From assembly GCF_032444005.1 (NCBI RefSeq), contig NC_091290.1:43338001-43402000 (forward strand): a DNA stretch of 64,000 nucleotides. Reading direction: 5' to 3'. Below are positions 12,294 through 24,031 of this stretch, one piece after another. Position 1 is the stretch's first letter. Each line of letters begins with the position of its first letter. This DNA comes from Ranitomeya imitator. Its lineage: Eukaryota. Position numbers and translations under genes: made by a program. The notes below the pieces were generated by a model. It saw nothing but the letters and a program-made list of their open reading frames with translations, was not told the origin of the DNA and searched no databases.

Positions 12294-13049
12294 GAGTTCT
12301 TCCAAAGTTTCTCTGTAATATAGTCTTCATGAATAGAGTTTTCAAAGGCGAGATAAAACTTGTACTGTGACAACGTTTGTCCATGTTTATTTCTTGGCAG
12401 AGGTAAATCCTGCCTTCCATAAATGTCTACCGATAGAAATTTCTTTAGTTCCTGATAATAGCGTACTCTTTTAGAACCTGGATTCCAGTTACTTATTGCC
12501 CAGGCCACCAGCTTGGTCTTTGGAGGAATTTGGAAGGTATCTTCTTCTTTATTTGGATCTAACCACCATAAGGTGAGAAAATATCTGAGTCAGCTCTGTA
12601 AGACATTGTGAGGTTGATAAGATCATCCATAAAATGCAAATTTGGGCTATGTGATGGAGACTCCAAGTTAAACCAAACCCAGTACTGATTTGGTGGTCTT
12701 GGCATCTGGGGTAATTGTTTTCTGGAATTACAAACATCTCTGTGATGCATAACAATTTCATCTGCGGAAGAATATAATGATCTGTTAGCTGTATAGAAGC
12801 ATCCAGAAATATCAGTGTATGGGGGACATTCATTAAGTGGAAATTTTTCACCAAATGGCCACGTCCAAACAAGGATGATCTTAGTATTGTTAGCTGTTTC
12901 CTGGGGGATACTTGTATATGAAACTTACTGCTAACCAATGAGCGATTTCCATAGTTAAAGAGTGAAAAGTAAATGGTTGAGAGGAACAGTTGTGCAATCA
13001 AAATGATAAAAGCATTCCTGTATGTCAGAGTTTTCCCTTGCTGCTCCAT
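12294..13049 (-). pseudogene. Fucosyltransferase copy 2, pseudogene
   Basis: Highly similar to copies 1 and 3. Two 1-nt deletions (near 12925 and near 12565). Truncated after ITEKLWKN by the Gypsy B LTR; the 3' ~100 codons are absent from the window. Confidence 0.93.
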
Positions 13050-14417
13050 TTGTTTAGGCAGAATCAATGGAAAAAGATTGTATCTGGAGATGAAACTAAG
13101 AAGTATCATACCTGTAGGAGAAAAACAAAATACATTTATGTCACAATAACATTGATGTAAATTATTATTTATTTTTAATTTTAGAATGTTCAGCTTCTTT
13201 TTATACTAGAGATTTATCTCATCTTGATAACCCCCTTTGTGTTTCATTGGTGCATGTATATGTTATATAGGAGGACCCCTGCTCGGGATCCTCTCTTTCA
13301 GCCATAGACCAAAAAGAAGGAAACTGAACATATGGTCAAAGAACAAAGAATATGACAATAGAATTAAGGCTAAAATACCTTTTATTAGTGAGAGTAGGAA
13401 GAAGTAGCGCTACATGCATAAAGAGGAGCCCGCACAAGTTACTAAAAAAGGAAATTAAACATGATTATACATAACAATAAAAATACATTAAAAACCAAAC
13501 CATAAGGTAATGGATGGGAAGATAATATATAAATTTATCAGCATAAATAGCAGAGTAGTTAGCAATTTATAAGAAATAACAAGGCCCACAAGAAAAGATG
13601 GCTCACAGTAGAAGTGTAACCGACAATGACTCACCGTATGTGTGAAATAGGACAGTCATCTGGATGTAAGGGTACCGTCACACAGTGCAATTTTGATCGC
13701 TACGACGGCACGATTTGTGATGTTCGAGCGATATAGGTACGATATCGCAGCGTGTGACACGCTCCTGCGATCAGGGACCCCGCTGTGAATCGTACGTCGT
13801 AGCACATCGTTTGAAACTTTCTTTCGTCGTCTAGTGTCCCGCTGTGGCGGCATGATCGCATGGTGTAACAAAGGTGTGCACGATATTGTATACGATGTAA
13901 AGGGCGGAGGAGCTGGCTACGTAGGAGCGCTAAATTCTCCACCTCCTGTGTGCTGATTGGGCGGTACAATACTGTGCGCTCATTCGACAGACAAAGGACT
14001 ATTGTTCCCAGCGGATAAAACCGGAGCTGTCGAGCGCTCTCTTCATTTCTCTCTGGAGCACGTGCTGGAAACAGAACTCCTAAATTCGCTGGATTCCCTG
14101 GACTTTGATAACTACTATACAGACTTTTACGGCAAGAGGTATGTATAACGCTACAGCGTAGCAGATGTTGCGCTTCAACGGGGATAAACGCTGGAGCGTG
14201 GTCGATTGTTCCTTTATGGAGAGTAGGGTAGAAGGCCAGAGAGCCTCAGGTACACAGCTGTAGCGTGGCCCAATTAATTAATCCTTTTTCAGATCGAGCT
14301 GTAGCATGGTTCACTGCCCCGTTTATGCCAGTAGTAATATAGTTATTAGATCAATGGTCAAAACATTGTTTTGTAAGCACGTGTATTTATTGTACGTTTG
14401 TTTTCTTTTTAGGAACT

Positions 14418-16145
14418 ATGCTCACTTCCGATGAGAGTTCTGTTGTTGCTGCTGCCCTGGTGTTTGAGGCAGCACGTCTCCAAGAGGAGAGACGTCCTAA
14501 ACGAAAACGTCGCATGTGGACCCGGAGCTGGCTGCAGAAAAGATCCACATTGTCACACATGGGTCTCATAAGAGAGTTACGTGATAATAATCCACATGAT
14601 TTCCGAAACTACCTTAGGATGTCAGAGGAATCATTCAAGATAATACTGTCTGCTGTTACGCCACTCATACAAAGGAGTGATACGCCGATGCGTGCAGCCG
14701 TGCCCGTGGATGAAAGGTTGGCGGTGACACTGCGGTTCCTGGCTACAGGAAGGTCTCTTCAGGATTTGCAGTTTTCCGCAGCTGTTTCCAGACCTTTCCT
14801 CAGCGTTGTGATTCCGGAGACATGCGCGGCCATTGTGCAGAGCTTAAGGCATTATATGGAGGTACTACTATTTAATTTGGGCTGCTGTGTTATGTCGATA
14901 TATTATACTAGCTATGTAACCCGTTCTACGGCCTGGCGGCGCACATTTCTATTGGTATCTGTTCTCCATCCTATCATGAGCTGCTCCCATCCTGTGCCCC
15001 CATTCTGACATGTGCTGCTGCGATCCTGCGCCTCCATTCTGACATGTGCTGCTCACATTTTGCGGCTCCATTCTGATATGTGCTGCTCCAATCCTGCGCC
15101 ACCCTTCTTTTATTTGCTGCTCCCAACGTAATTTAATAGGCTATATTATTTCGATATATTGTTTTGCACCCCCTCTCAGTCAGTGAAGCCGTTTCCTAAA
15201 TTGGCTGCCTGCATATTCAGGATTGTTGACTTTGTTATACTAATCAAAACTATGCGTCAATCTCTCTAGGATGTCCACATGAGAGTGTATGTGCACAACA
15301 ATATATTTGACCTAATTTGTACATGTTTCCTTCTCATCCTGCAGTTTCCCAAGTCGGCGGAGGACTGGAAGAAGATTGCTTCCGATTTTGATCAGCTGTG
15401 GCAGTTTCCAAACTGCGGTGGTGCATTAGATGGAAAGCATGTGCGCATCACACAACCAGCCAACTCTGGATCCTTTTTTTTCAACTACAAAGGATATTTC
15501 AGTGTGATCCTCATGGCCCTTGTCAATGCAAACTATGAGTTCGTAGATGTGGATGTTGGCATGAATGGTCGAGTCTCCGACGGTGGAGTTTTTGATCACA
15601 CTTCATTTGGGGAAAGCTTGAGGAACAATCAACTGCAGTTGCCAATAAATGAAGACACAAAAGCAAACCTCAATTTTGTTTTCATCGCTGATGAAGCTTT
15701 CCCTCTTCATCCACATTTGCTGAAGCCATTTGCGCAGAGAACACTCACACCGGAGCGCCGAATCTATAATTACCGGTTGTCGAGGGCCCGTCGTGTAGTT
15801 GAAAATGCCTTTGGGATAATGGCTAATCGGTTTAGAGTGTTCCACACAGCTATCAACTTGAAGCTGCCGTCTATAGACTTTGTGGTTTTGGCATGCTGTG
15901 TGCTCCATAATTTCCTGAGACGTCATGATACGAGCTCCTATTCTCCTCCTTCGTTTATTGATGCAGTGGACCCAAGAACCGGAGATATTGTGCCCGGGGA
16001 ATGGCGTACACAACCTGATAATTTAACAGCTCTTCAAGCACTCGGATCTGGCAGACAGGCAGACGATGCAAGGGACTGTCGAGAAAAATACTGTCAGTAC
16101 TTTAATGGTTCTGGAGCTGTACCCTGGCAGGATCACGCCGTATAA
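14418..16145 (+). CDS. Harbinger DDE transposase (HARBI1-like), 2 exons, 414 aa, open
   Basis: Exon 1 14418-14861 (GAG|GT), exon 2 15345-16145 (CAG|TTT), phase 0. Motifs GALDGKHV, FIADEAFPL and RRVVENAFG give a complete D-D-E triad; N-terminal HTH-like region RLAVTLRFLATG. Confidence 0.92.
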
Positions 16146-16606
16146 AAAAAAAATTTTTTTTTGCTTTGCTGTTTACTCAACAATATGTATGTTATGCTTT
16201 CGTGTCCACAATGTAAATTTGCGAGTAGGTCACTGTCTTTTGTGTAATAAAATTAAATTGTATTTATTTCTCCCATTATTGTTGATTGTTCATTTTAGAT
16301 AGTACGTTATAGCGGTCGGTCTATATTGCATTCCAAAGTCAAATGGCGACTTCCTTCCATTCCAAGCTCTGCCATGCACACAAACAATGGTGTACCCACA
16401 CAGAATCGTGTTTTCAATCATATAAACCTCTGTAAATTACTTAAATGTGATGAGATGCCTAAAAAATGGTGTTGTAAACCCTTATAGCTCCATAAATATT
16501 AAATAATGAGAAATTTTTTTTTTCTAAGGTAAGGTAACTATTTCTTTATATGTAATAATCTAACTCCAAAACATAACATAACAAAAAAAAAACAATAAAA
16601 AACAAA

Positions 16607-18307
16607 TTATCTTCTGCCACGGTCTAACAGGTGTCGCAGCGTCACACCCTGCTGCTCTACTTGAGCCTGGAGGAGCGCTGCTGGCTGCTGCAGGAGCGCT
16701 GCTGTACGCTCCAGGCGTAGTTGTCTGGCCAGGAGCTCTGTCACGGTGGGCAGTTCTGTGGATAGAAGAGGTTGGAGAACTGATGGTGATTCCGCTGAAA
16801 ATACATATTGACCTCTGTTGCTGGACCAAATTGAGTGTGTTGTAAATTTCTATTTGGTCCGGGCACACAGGGCATTTTGTTTTTAAATTAAATTTTACAG
16901 TTTCAGTTGTCAATTGTGACATTCCACCGAGATATCCACTCGTATTATCTTAATACTTACGGAGAAGGGACGCCGGTTCTTCGTTGCCAGAACCACTACT
17001 GCTTATTTCCCATCCATGACATCTGGCCACTGCTGCAACAGCTAAAAGGAAATAATAACAGATCTGGTTAACTATGGAACACTCCGTTGCAAAGCGCTCG
17101 CTGTTTTGGTCTCTTACGTATGGTAGCTTCTGGGGAGAAGACCGCCGACCCGGGGGTGGAAAATGAGGGCCGGAAGGGAGGTGTTGAGGGTGGTGTTGGG
17201 GTGCGAGGCTGCATGGTCAATAAAGATGTAGAGGTCCCGGGCTCTGGGCTGCTGCTGGTGGCGGATGAAGGAGAGCTTGTCTCAATGAGAGGTGCCTGTT
17301 GCCGACGCCTTCTCTCTACACATAAATGAAACAAACAAAATGTTTAGACATTCCTATACTGTATGTTCTAAACCAAGTGCAGAGCAAAGGGAATCATTGC
17401 AACCAATACGGTTCCTGCTTTAATTAGTCAAAAAAGTCTAATGAACGCTGTGTTCTGATCGTGTTTTCCAGCAGCATTTGGAGAAGTTGTAACAGAGAAG
17501 CTTGTCTTTTATATGTGTAGTACTGTGTGTGCCCCATATTGTGTGCTCCGTACGATGTGTACGTGGTTCTGTGTGCGGCACGGTGTGTACGTCGTTGTGT
17601 GCGCGTCGCGCTGTGTGTGCTACATATTATGTGCGGCACGGTGTGTATGCCGCAGTACTAGAAGAGCATCACGGCTGTGCGCGTCTACTGATTAGCTGCC
17701 ATTATTTCCCCTCCGGGCACTGTTCGCGCAGGATAATGTATGCAATATGTACGCTACACTGTTATGTCACCTATGCTATAATTACATTTCTATGAGTGAT
17801 GGTACACTTACGTGAGGTCCCGGGCTGTGGCCTGATGCTGTTGGTGGATGAAGGACAACTGGCAGCAATGGCAGGTCTGTGTTGCCGTCGCCTTCTCTCT
17901 ACACATAAATGAAAGAAAAGCAATGTTTTAAAAACAAAGAACAGGGATTCCAGAGCCCCCCCCAAAAAAAATAGCGCGCAGGGTGGCCAACCTCCTCGTA
18001 AAAGCGTGCATCGCCCAATTCCCCCATACTGGTACTTGCCTCGCCTTGTCTCCGCACGCAACTCAGCCAGAAGGTGTGGATTTTTGTGGCGGAGGTCGGC
18101 CCATTTCTTACGCAACTGCTGCGCACTCCGGCGGACGCCAAACCTCCTATCCAGCATTTTCCCAATGCGACGCAGCACCTCCTGCTTATGTTGGTTCGGG
18201 TGTGCTGGGATAGTCTTCTGGCATTCATAATCAAGGGCATCCATGCGATGTACCAAAAACCGGAGCTCGGTGTGCCCCAAAGGGGCAGATCTCTGTCTTC
18301 CAGCCAT
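16607..18307 (-). CDS. Element-borne Myb/SANT-like (trihelix) protein A with C-terminal coiled coil, 5 exons, 273 aa
   Basis: Exons 18307-18040, 17898-17812, 17315-17118, 17041-16961 and 16794-16607, all phase-1 junctions, no stops. Domain ...KQEVLRRIGKML..GVRRSAQQLRKKWADLR; last exon ELLARQLRLERTAALLQQ... Confidence 0.8.
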
Positions 18308-18600
18308 TACAGATAAAAAGACGTTATAAAGCAGCACCTAACCACGCCCAGAGGAAGTCCTTAACTATGCATTTCTCCCGCGCGATCCGCATCGCTATAG
18401 CGTTGCCGTTTATGGACAGCGTCACTTTTGTGACGTCTGAGAGTGACAGAAGGAACGCACATAGTAAATGACGCTCGAACGATGTAGATATTACGCCGGT
18501 GCGGCACGTAATGTGCGCTCGTGGTATATGACGGCGTGATGACGTTACAACGTTCCTGCGTGCCTGCGCTACCTTGCTTTGCTTCCCTGACATCCTTAAA
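18308..18600. promoter_or_regulatory. Probable bidirectional promoter between Myb genes A and B
   Basis: 293 bp separate the divergent ATGs. CpG-rich, with several TGACG half-sites. Function is inferred. Confidence 0.55.
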
Positions 18601-20099
18601 ATGGCTGCCAGGCGACGTGATTCTCCTATGGGTGTCCCAGAGCTAAAGTTCATGATTAGCACTATGGATCGGATGCGTTACGAAACCACAGGGCTGGTGC
18701 TGCACCGCAACCAGCACAAGGATGAAGTCGTACGTGTGGTGTCTGAGGGCCTCAGGAAGCAGTTTGGGATAACCAGAAGTAAGGCCCAGATTGTGAAGAA
18801 ATGGGGCGATCTTAAATCCAAAAGCCCAGCGCGCCTGCAGGAGCTTCGCCGCGAGATCCGCAGTGGTGAGTACGCAGGTACCCAAAAGTATTGCACGCCG
18901 AAGGGTTAATTGGGTGTGTATGTGGTGTGTATGTGGCCCTGCTATGGTGCAATAATGAAAGGTGCAGAGCACTTTTTTGCCATGCTATGGTGCAATAATG
19001 AATGGTGCAGAGCACTATGTGGCCCTGCTATGGTGCAATAATGAACGGTGCAGAGCACTATGTGGCTCTGCTGTGTTTCCACAATGAACGGTGCAGAGCA
19101 CTATGTGGCTCTGCTGTGTTTCCACAATGAACGGTGCAGAGCACTAGGTGGCCCTGCTGTGGTGCAACAATGAACGGTGCACAGCACTATGTGGCCCTGC
19201 TGTGGTGCAATAATGAATGGTGCAGAGCACTTTTTTGCCATGCTATGGTGCAATAATGAATGGTGCAGAGCACTATGTGGCCCTGCTATGGTGCTATGCT
19301 AACAGACCTTTTTTTTTTTTTTTTCCTTCACAGAGGCAAAGAGACAGCGTCGCCGCCACGAGGCATCCCACACCACCACAGATATTGCTGTGCCCTCCGG
19401 GTCAACGGCTCAACAACCCAGTAGGTTCACCCAATAATGTGATTATGATTTGTTGGAAGGTGCCCTCCCCCCCCCCCCCCCACCTGCAGTCACTGTTACC
19501 ATTTATGTAAAAAAAAATTTTTTATTTTTTCCCTTCACAGAGGCAAAGACACAGCGCCGCCGTCGAGTGTACCAGGCCTTTGACACGGACTCAGATCCAG
19601 ACTTGCCCTCCGTGCCTACAGATCCTAGTAGGTTCCCACAATAATGTGATTTGAATCTGGTGGCAGGTCCCCTATTCCCCCCCCCACCTGCAGTGACTGT
19701 TGCCATTTATGTAAAAAAAATTTTTTTTTTTTTTCCCCTCACAGAGGCAACGACACAGCGTCGCAGCCACGAGGCTTCCCACCCCGCCTCACATGTCCGT
19801 GTGCCCTCTGGGTCAACAGCTGAACAACCTAGTAGGTTCCCACAATAAGGCCGGCGTCACACACAGCGTAAAACAATACGGTCCGTATATTACGGCCGTA
19901 ATACACTGAAAAGTCCCGAAAAAAGTGGTCCGTAGCTCCTCCGTAGGCAGGGTGTGTCAGCGTTTTTTGCGCATGGCATCCTCCGTATGTAATCCGTATG
20001 GCATCCGTACTGCGTGGTTTTCTCGCAGGCTAGCAAAACCAACATACCGCTATAGAAGTGATCCATGTGTCCCAAAAAGAAAAGAAAATATATATATAC

Positions 20100-20159
<60 letters not shown>

Positions 20160-23100
20160 AGTAGACACATATATTAGAGAGAAAAGCCGGTAATTCAGTG
20201 CGGTGTACAGTAAAATCACACTGACAGCTTACAGTAGAATAGGTAGAATAAATGTGTACACATAGAATAGGTATATATATATATATATGTCAGTGAGACA
20301 CATATATGTATATATATTAATATTTATTCCAGCGCTAGACAGCTTGAAAGCCGGTAATTCAATTACCGGCTTTTTCCTTCTCCTTCCTAAAACCCGACAT
20401 GATTTGAGACATGGTTTACATACAGTAAACCATGTCTTCTCTCCATTTTTTTTGCAGATTCCACACTACTAATGTCAGTAGTGTGTATCTGCAAAATTTG
20501 GCCGTTCTAGCTCTTAAAATAAAGGGTTAAATGGCGGAAAAAATTGGCGTGGGCTCCCGCGCAATTTTCTCCGCCAGAGTAGTAAAGCCAGTGACTGAGG
20601 GCAGATATTAATAGCCTGGAGAGGGTCCATGGTTATTGGCCCCCCCCTGGCTAAAAATATCTGCCCCCAGCCACCCCAGAAAAGGCACATCTGGAAGATG
20701 CGCCTATTCTGGCACTTGGCCACTCTCTTCCCATTCCCGTGTAGCGGTGGGATATGGGGTAATGAAGGGTTAATGCCACCTTGCTATTGTAAGGGGACAT
20801 TAAGCCTAATTAATAATGGAGAGGCGTCAATTATGACACCTATCCATTATTAATCCAATTGTAGTGAAGGGTTAAATAAAACACAAACACATTATTTAAA
20901 ATTATTTTAATGAAATAAAAACAATGGGTGTTGCAGTATTTTATTCAACGCCCAATCCAGTCACTGAAGACCCTCGTTCTGTGAGTAAAAAAACATAATA
21001 AACCAACAATATACTTACCCTCCGCAGATCTGTAACGTCCAACGATGTAAATCCTTCTGAAGGGGTTAAAACATTTTGCAGCAATGCAGAAAGCCAGGGA
21101 GCTTTCTAGGTAATTTCCCACGATCTATGAACAGCCAGCAGAGGGCGCCTCACCGCAAATAAAGCTAAATATAGATCATTGATCTATTTTTAGCCTCATT
21201 CCCTGGGGTTTTGCAGCGAGGAGCAGCCTGCATTAGCACAGCTCCTTGCTGCAAAATGTTTTAACCCCTTCAGAAGGGTTTACATCGTTGGACGTTACAG
21301 ATCTGCGGAGGGTAAGTATATTGTTGGTTTATTATGTTTTTTTACTCACAGAACGAGGGTCTTCAGTGACTGGATTGGGCGTTGAATAAAATACTGCAAC
21401 ACCCATTGTTTTTATTTCATTAAAATAATTTTAAATAATGTGTTTGTGTTTTATTTAACCCTTCACTACAATTGGATTAATAATGGATAGGTGTCATAAT
21501 TGACGCCTCTCCATTATTAATTAGGCTTAATGTCACCTTACAATAGCAAGGTGGCATTAACCCTTCATTACCCCATATCCCACCGCTACACGGGAATGGG
21601 AAGAGAGTGGCCAAGTGCCAGAATAGGCGCATCTTCCAGATGTGCCTTTTCTGGGGTGGCTGGGGGCAGATATTTTTAGCCAGGGGGGGCCAATAACCAT
21701 GGACCCTCTCCAGGCTCTTAATATCTGCCCTCAGTCACTGGCTTTACTACTCTGGCGGAGAAAATTGCGCGGGAGCCCACGCCAATTTTTTCCGCCATTT
21801 AACCCTTTATTTTAAGAGCTAGAACGGCCAAATTTTGCAGATACACACTACTGACATTAGTAGTGTGGAATCTGCAAAAAAAATGGAGAGAAGACATGGT
21901 TTACTGTATGTAAACCATGTCTCAAATCATGTCGGGTTTTAGGAAGGAGAAAGAAAAAGCCGGTAATTGAATTACCGGCTTTCAAGCTGTATAGCGCTGG
22001 AATAAATATTAATATATATACATATATGTGTCTCACTGACATATATATATATATACCTATTCTATGTGTACACATTTATTCTACCTATTCTACTGTAAGC
22101 TGTCAGTGTGATTTTACTGTACACCGCACTGAATTACCGGCTTTTCTCTCTAACAGCGCTGCGTATTTCTCGCAAGTCACACTGCTTGTCCGTGTGTAAT
22201 CCGTATTTTTCACGCTTCCATAGACTTTCATTGGCGTATTTCTTGCGCAGTACGGTGACAAACGCAGCATGCTGCGATTTTGTACGGCCGTAGAAAGCCG
22301 TATAATACTGATCAGTAAAATACGGCAAATAGGAGCAGGGGCATAGAGAATAATTGTGCCGTATTTTTTGCGAGTTTTACGGACGTAGATTCTGCGCTCT
22401 TACGTCCGTAAAACTCGCATGTGTGACGCCGGCCTAATGTGTTCAGGATTTGGTGGCAGGTCCCCTCTTTCCCCCCCCCCCCTCCCCCGGCAGCAAGTGT
22501 TGCCATATATGCTAACAGACCTTTTTTTTTTTTTTCCATTCACAGAGGCAAAGACACAGCACCGCAGCCACGAGGCTTCCCACCCCGCCTCACATGTCCG
22601 TGTGCCCTCTGGGTCAACAGCTGAACAACCTAGTAGGTTCCCACAATAATGTGTTCAGGATTTGGTGGCAGGTCCCCTCTTTTTCCCCCCCCCCCCCGGC
22701 AGCAAGTGTTGCCATATATGCCAACAGACCTTTTTTTTTTTTTTTTCCCTTCACAGAGGCAAAGACACAGCGCCGCAGCCACGAGGCTTCCCACCCCGCC
22801 TCACATGTCCGTGTGCCCTCTTGGTCAACAGCTGAACAACCTAGTAGGTTCCCACAATAATGTGTTCAGGATTTGGTGGCAGGTCCCCTCTTTCCCCCCC
22901 CCCCTCCCCCGGCAGCAAGTGTTGCCATATATGCTAACAGACCTTTTTTTTTTTTTTCCCTTCACAGAGGCAAAGACACAGCGCCGCAGCCACGAGGCTT
23001 CCCACCCCGCCTCACATGTCCTTGTGCCCTCTGGGTCAACAGCTGAACAACCTAGTAGGTTCCCACAATAATGTATTCAGGATTTGGTGGCAGGTCCCCT

Positions 23101-23790
23101 CTTTTCCCCCCCCCTCCCCCGGCAGCAAGTGTTGCCATATATGCTAACAGACCTTTTTTTTTTTCCCTTCACAGAGGCAAAGACACAGCGCCGCAGCCAC
23201 AAGGCTTCCCACCCCGCCTCACATGTCCGTGTGCCCTCTGGGTCAACAGCTGAACAACCTAGTAGGTTCCCACAATAATGTGTTCAGGATTTGGTGGCAG
23301 GTCCCCTCTTTTCCCCCCCCCCCTCCCACGGCAGCAAGTGTTGCCATATATGCCAAAAGACCTTTTTTTTTTTTCCTTCACAGAGGCAAAGAGACAGCGC
23401 CACCGCCGACAGCACGAGGCATTCGACACCGACACAGATCCCGAAGTGCCCTCCGTGCCTCAACATCCTAGTAGGTTCCCACAATAAAGTTATTTTGATT
23501 TTGTTGCAGGCCCACTCTTTCACCCCCAACCCAAACCCCCCCCCCCCCCCCAACTCAGTTTTGCTTACTTTTTTTGTATTTATTTTACTTCACAGAAGCA
23601 AAGACACATCGGGAGACTACTGTGTTATTAATGTTATGTTTTTTGACCCACAGCTGTCGTCACTGTCAACAAGGAGGATATTGAAGCCGGCATAGAAAAG
23701 TTACTCCACACTATGGCACATATTCAGGAGCAGCACAATGTGGCAATGGAGGAGCTGCAGAAGCTGCGGGACATGTGCCAGCAGTTGTAG
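18601..23790 (+). CDS. Element-borne Myb/SANT-like protein B with repeat linker and C-terminal coiled coil, 10 exons, up to 365 aa
   Basis: Exon 1 18601-18865 (G|GTGAGT). Eight 87-nt exons: 19334-19420, 19541-19627, 19745-19831, 22546-22632, 22757-22843, 22968-23054, 23175-23261, 23384-23470. Last exon 23654-23790 (EDIEAGIEKLLHTMAHIQEQHNVAMEELQKLRDMCQQL*); AATAAA at ~23821. Confidence 0.78.
18930..19294. repeat. 43-bp minisatellite in intron 1 of Myb gene B
   Basis: About 8 copies of CTATGTGGCCCTGCTATGGTGCAATAATGAACGGTGCAGAGCA and variants. Confidence 0.9.
19849..22434. mobile_element. Non-autonomous Harbinger-type element with ~900-bp internal inverted repeat, nested in an intron of Myb gene B
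   Basis: TIR GGCCGGCGTCACAC, TAA TSD (19846-19848 and 22435-22437). Arms ~20175-21086 and ~21246-22152 are near-identical reverse complements. Confidence 0.95.
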
Positions 23791-24031
23791 GCGGGCCAAT
23801 AATCCATATTTTGTTGTTACAATAAAAATATTTTGTTAAACTATCATTCCATTTTTTTTGTATTACTTAACTGTACATGAATTTGTTACGTTAATTTGTG
23901 CCCTCATACAGTGCTGTGATTGAGACACACCAATCAAAAAGTAGTGATAGAATTTATAATAAAAGCTTTTATTTGAAACATTATTTTAACAAGACAATAA
24001 AATAAAAAGGAATGTAAAAGAAGCTAGGAAA

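Noticed and set aside
23596-23653. Possible ninth repeat exon of MybB
   Set aside because: It has an acceptor-like start but no matching donor, and it leads out of frame into the last exon; treated as a decayed partial unit.
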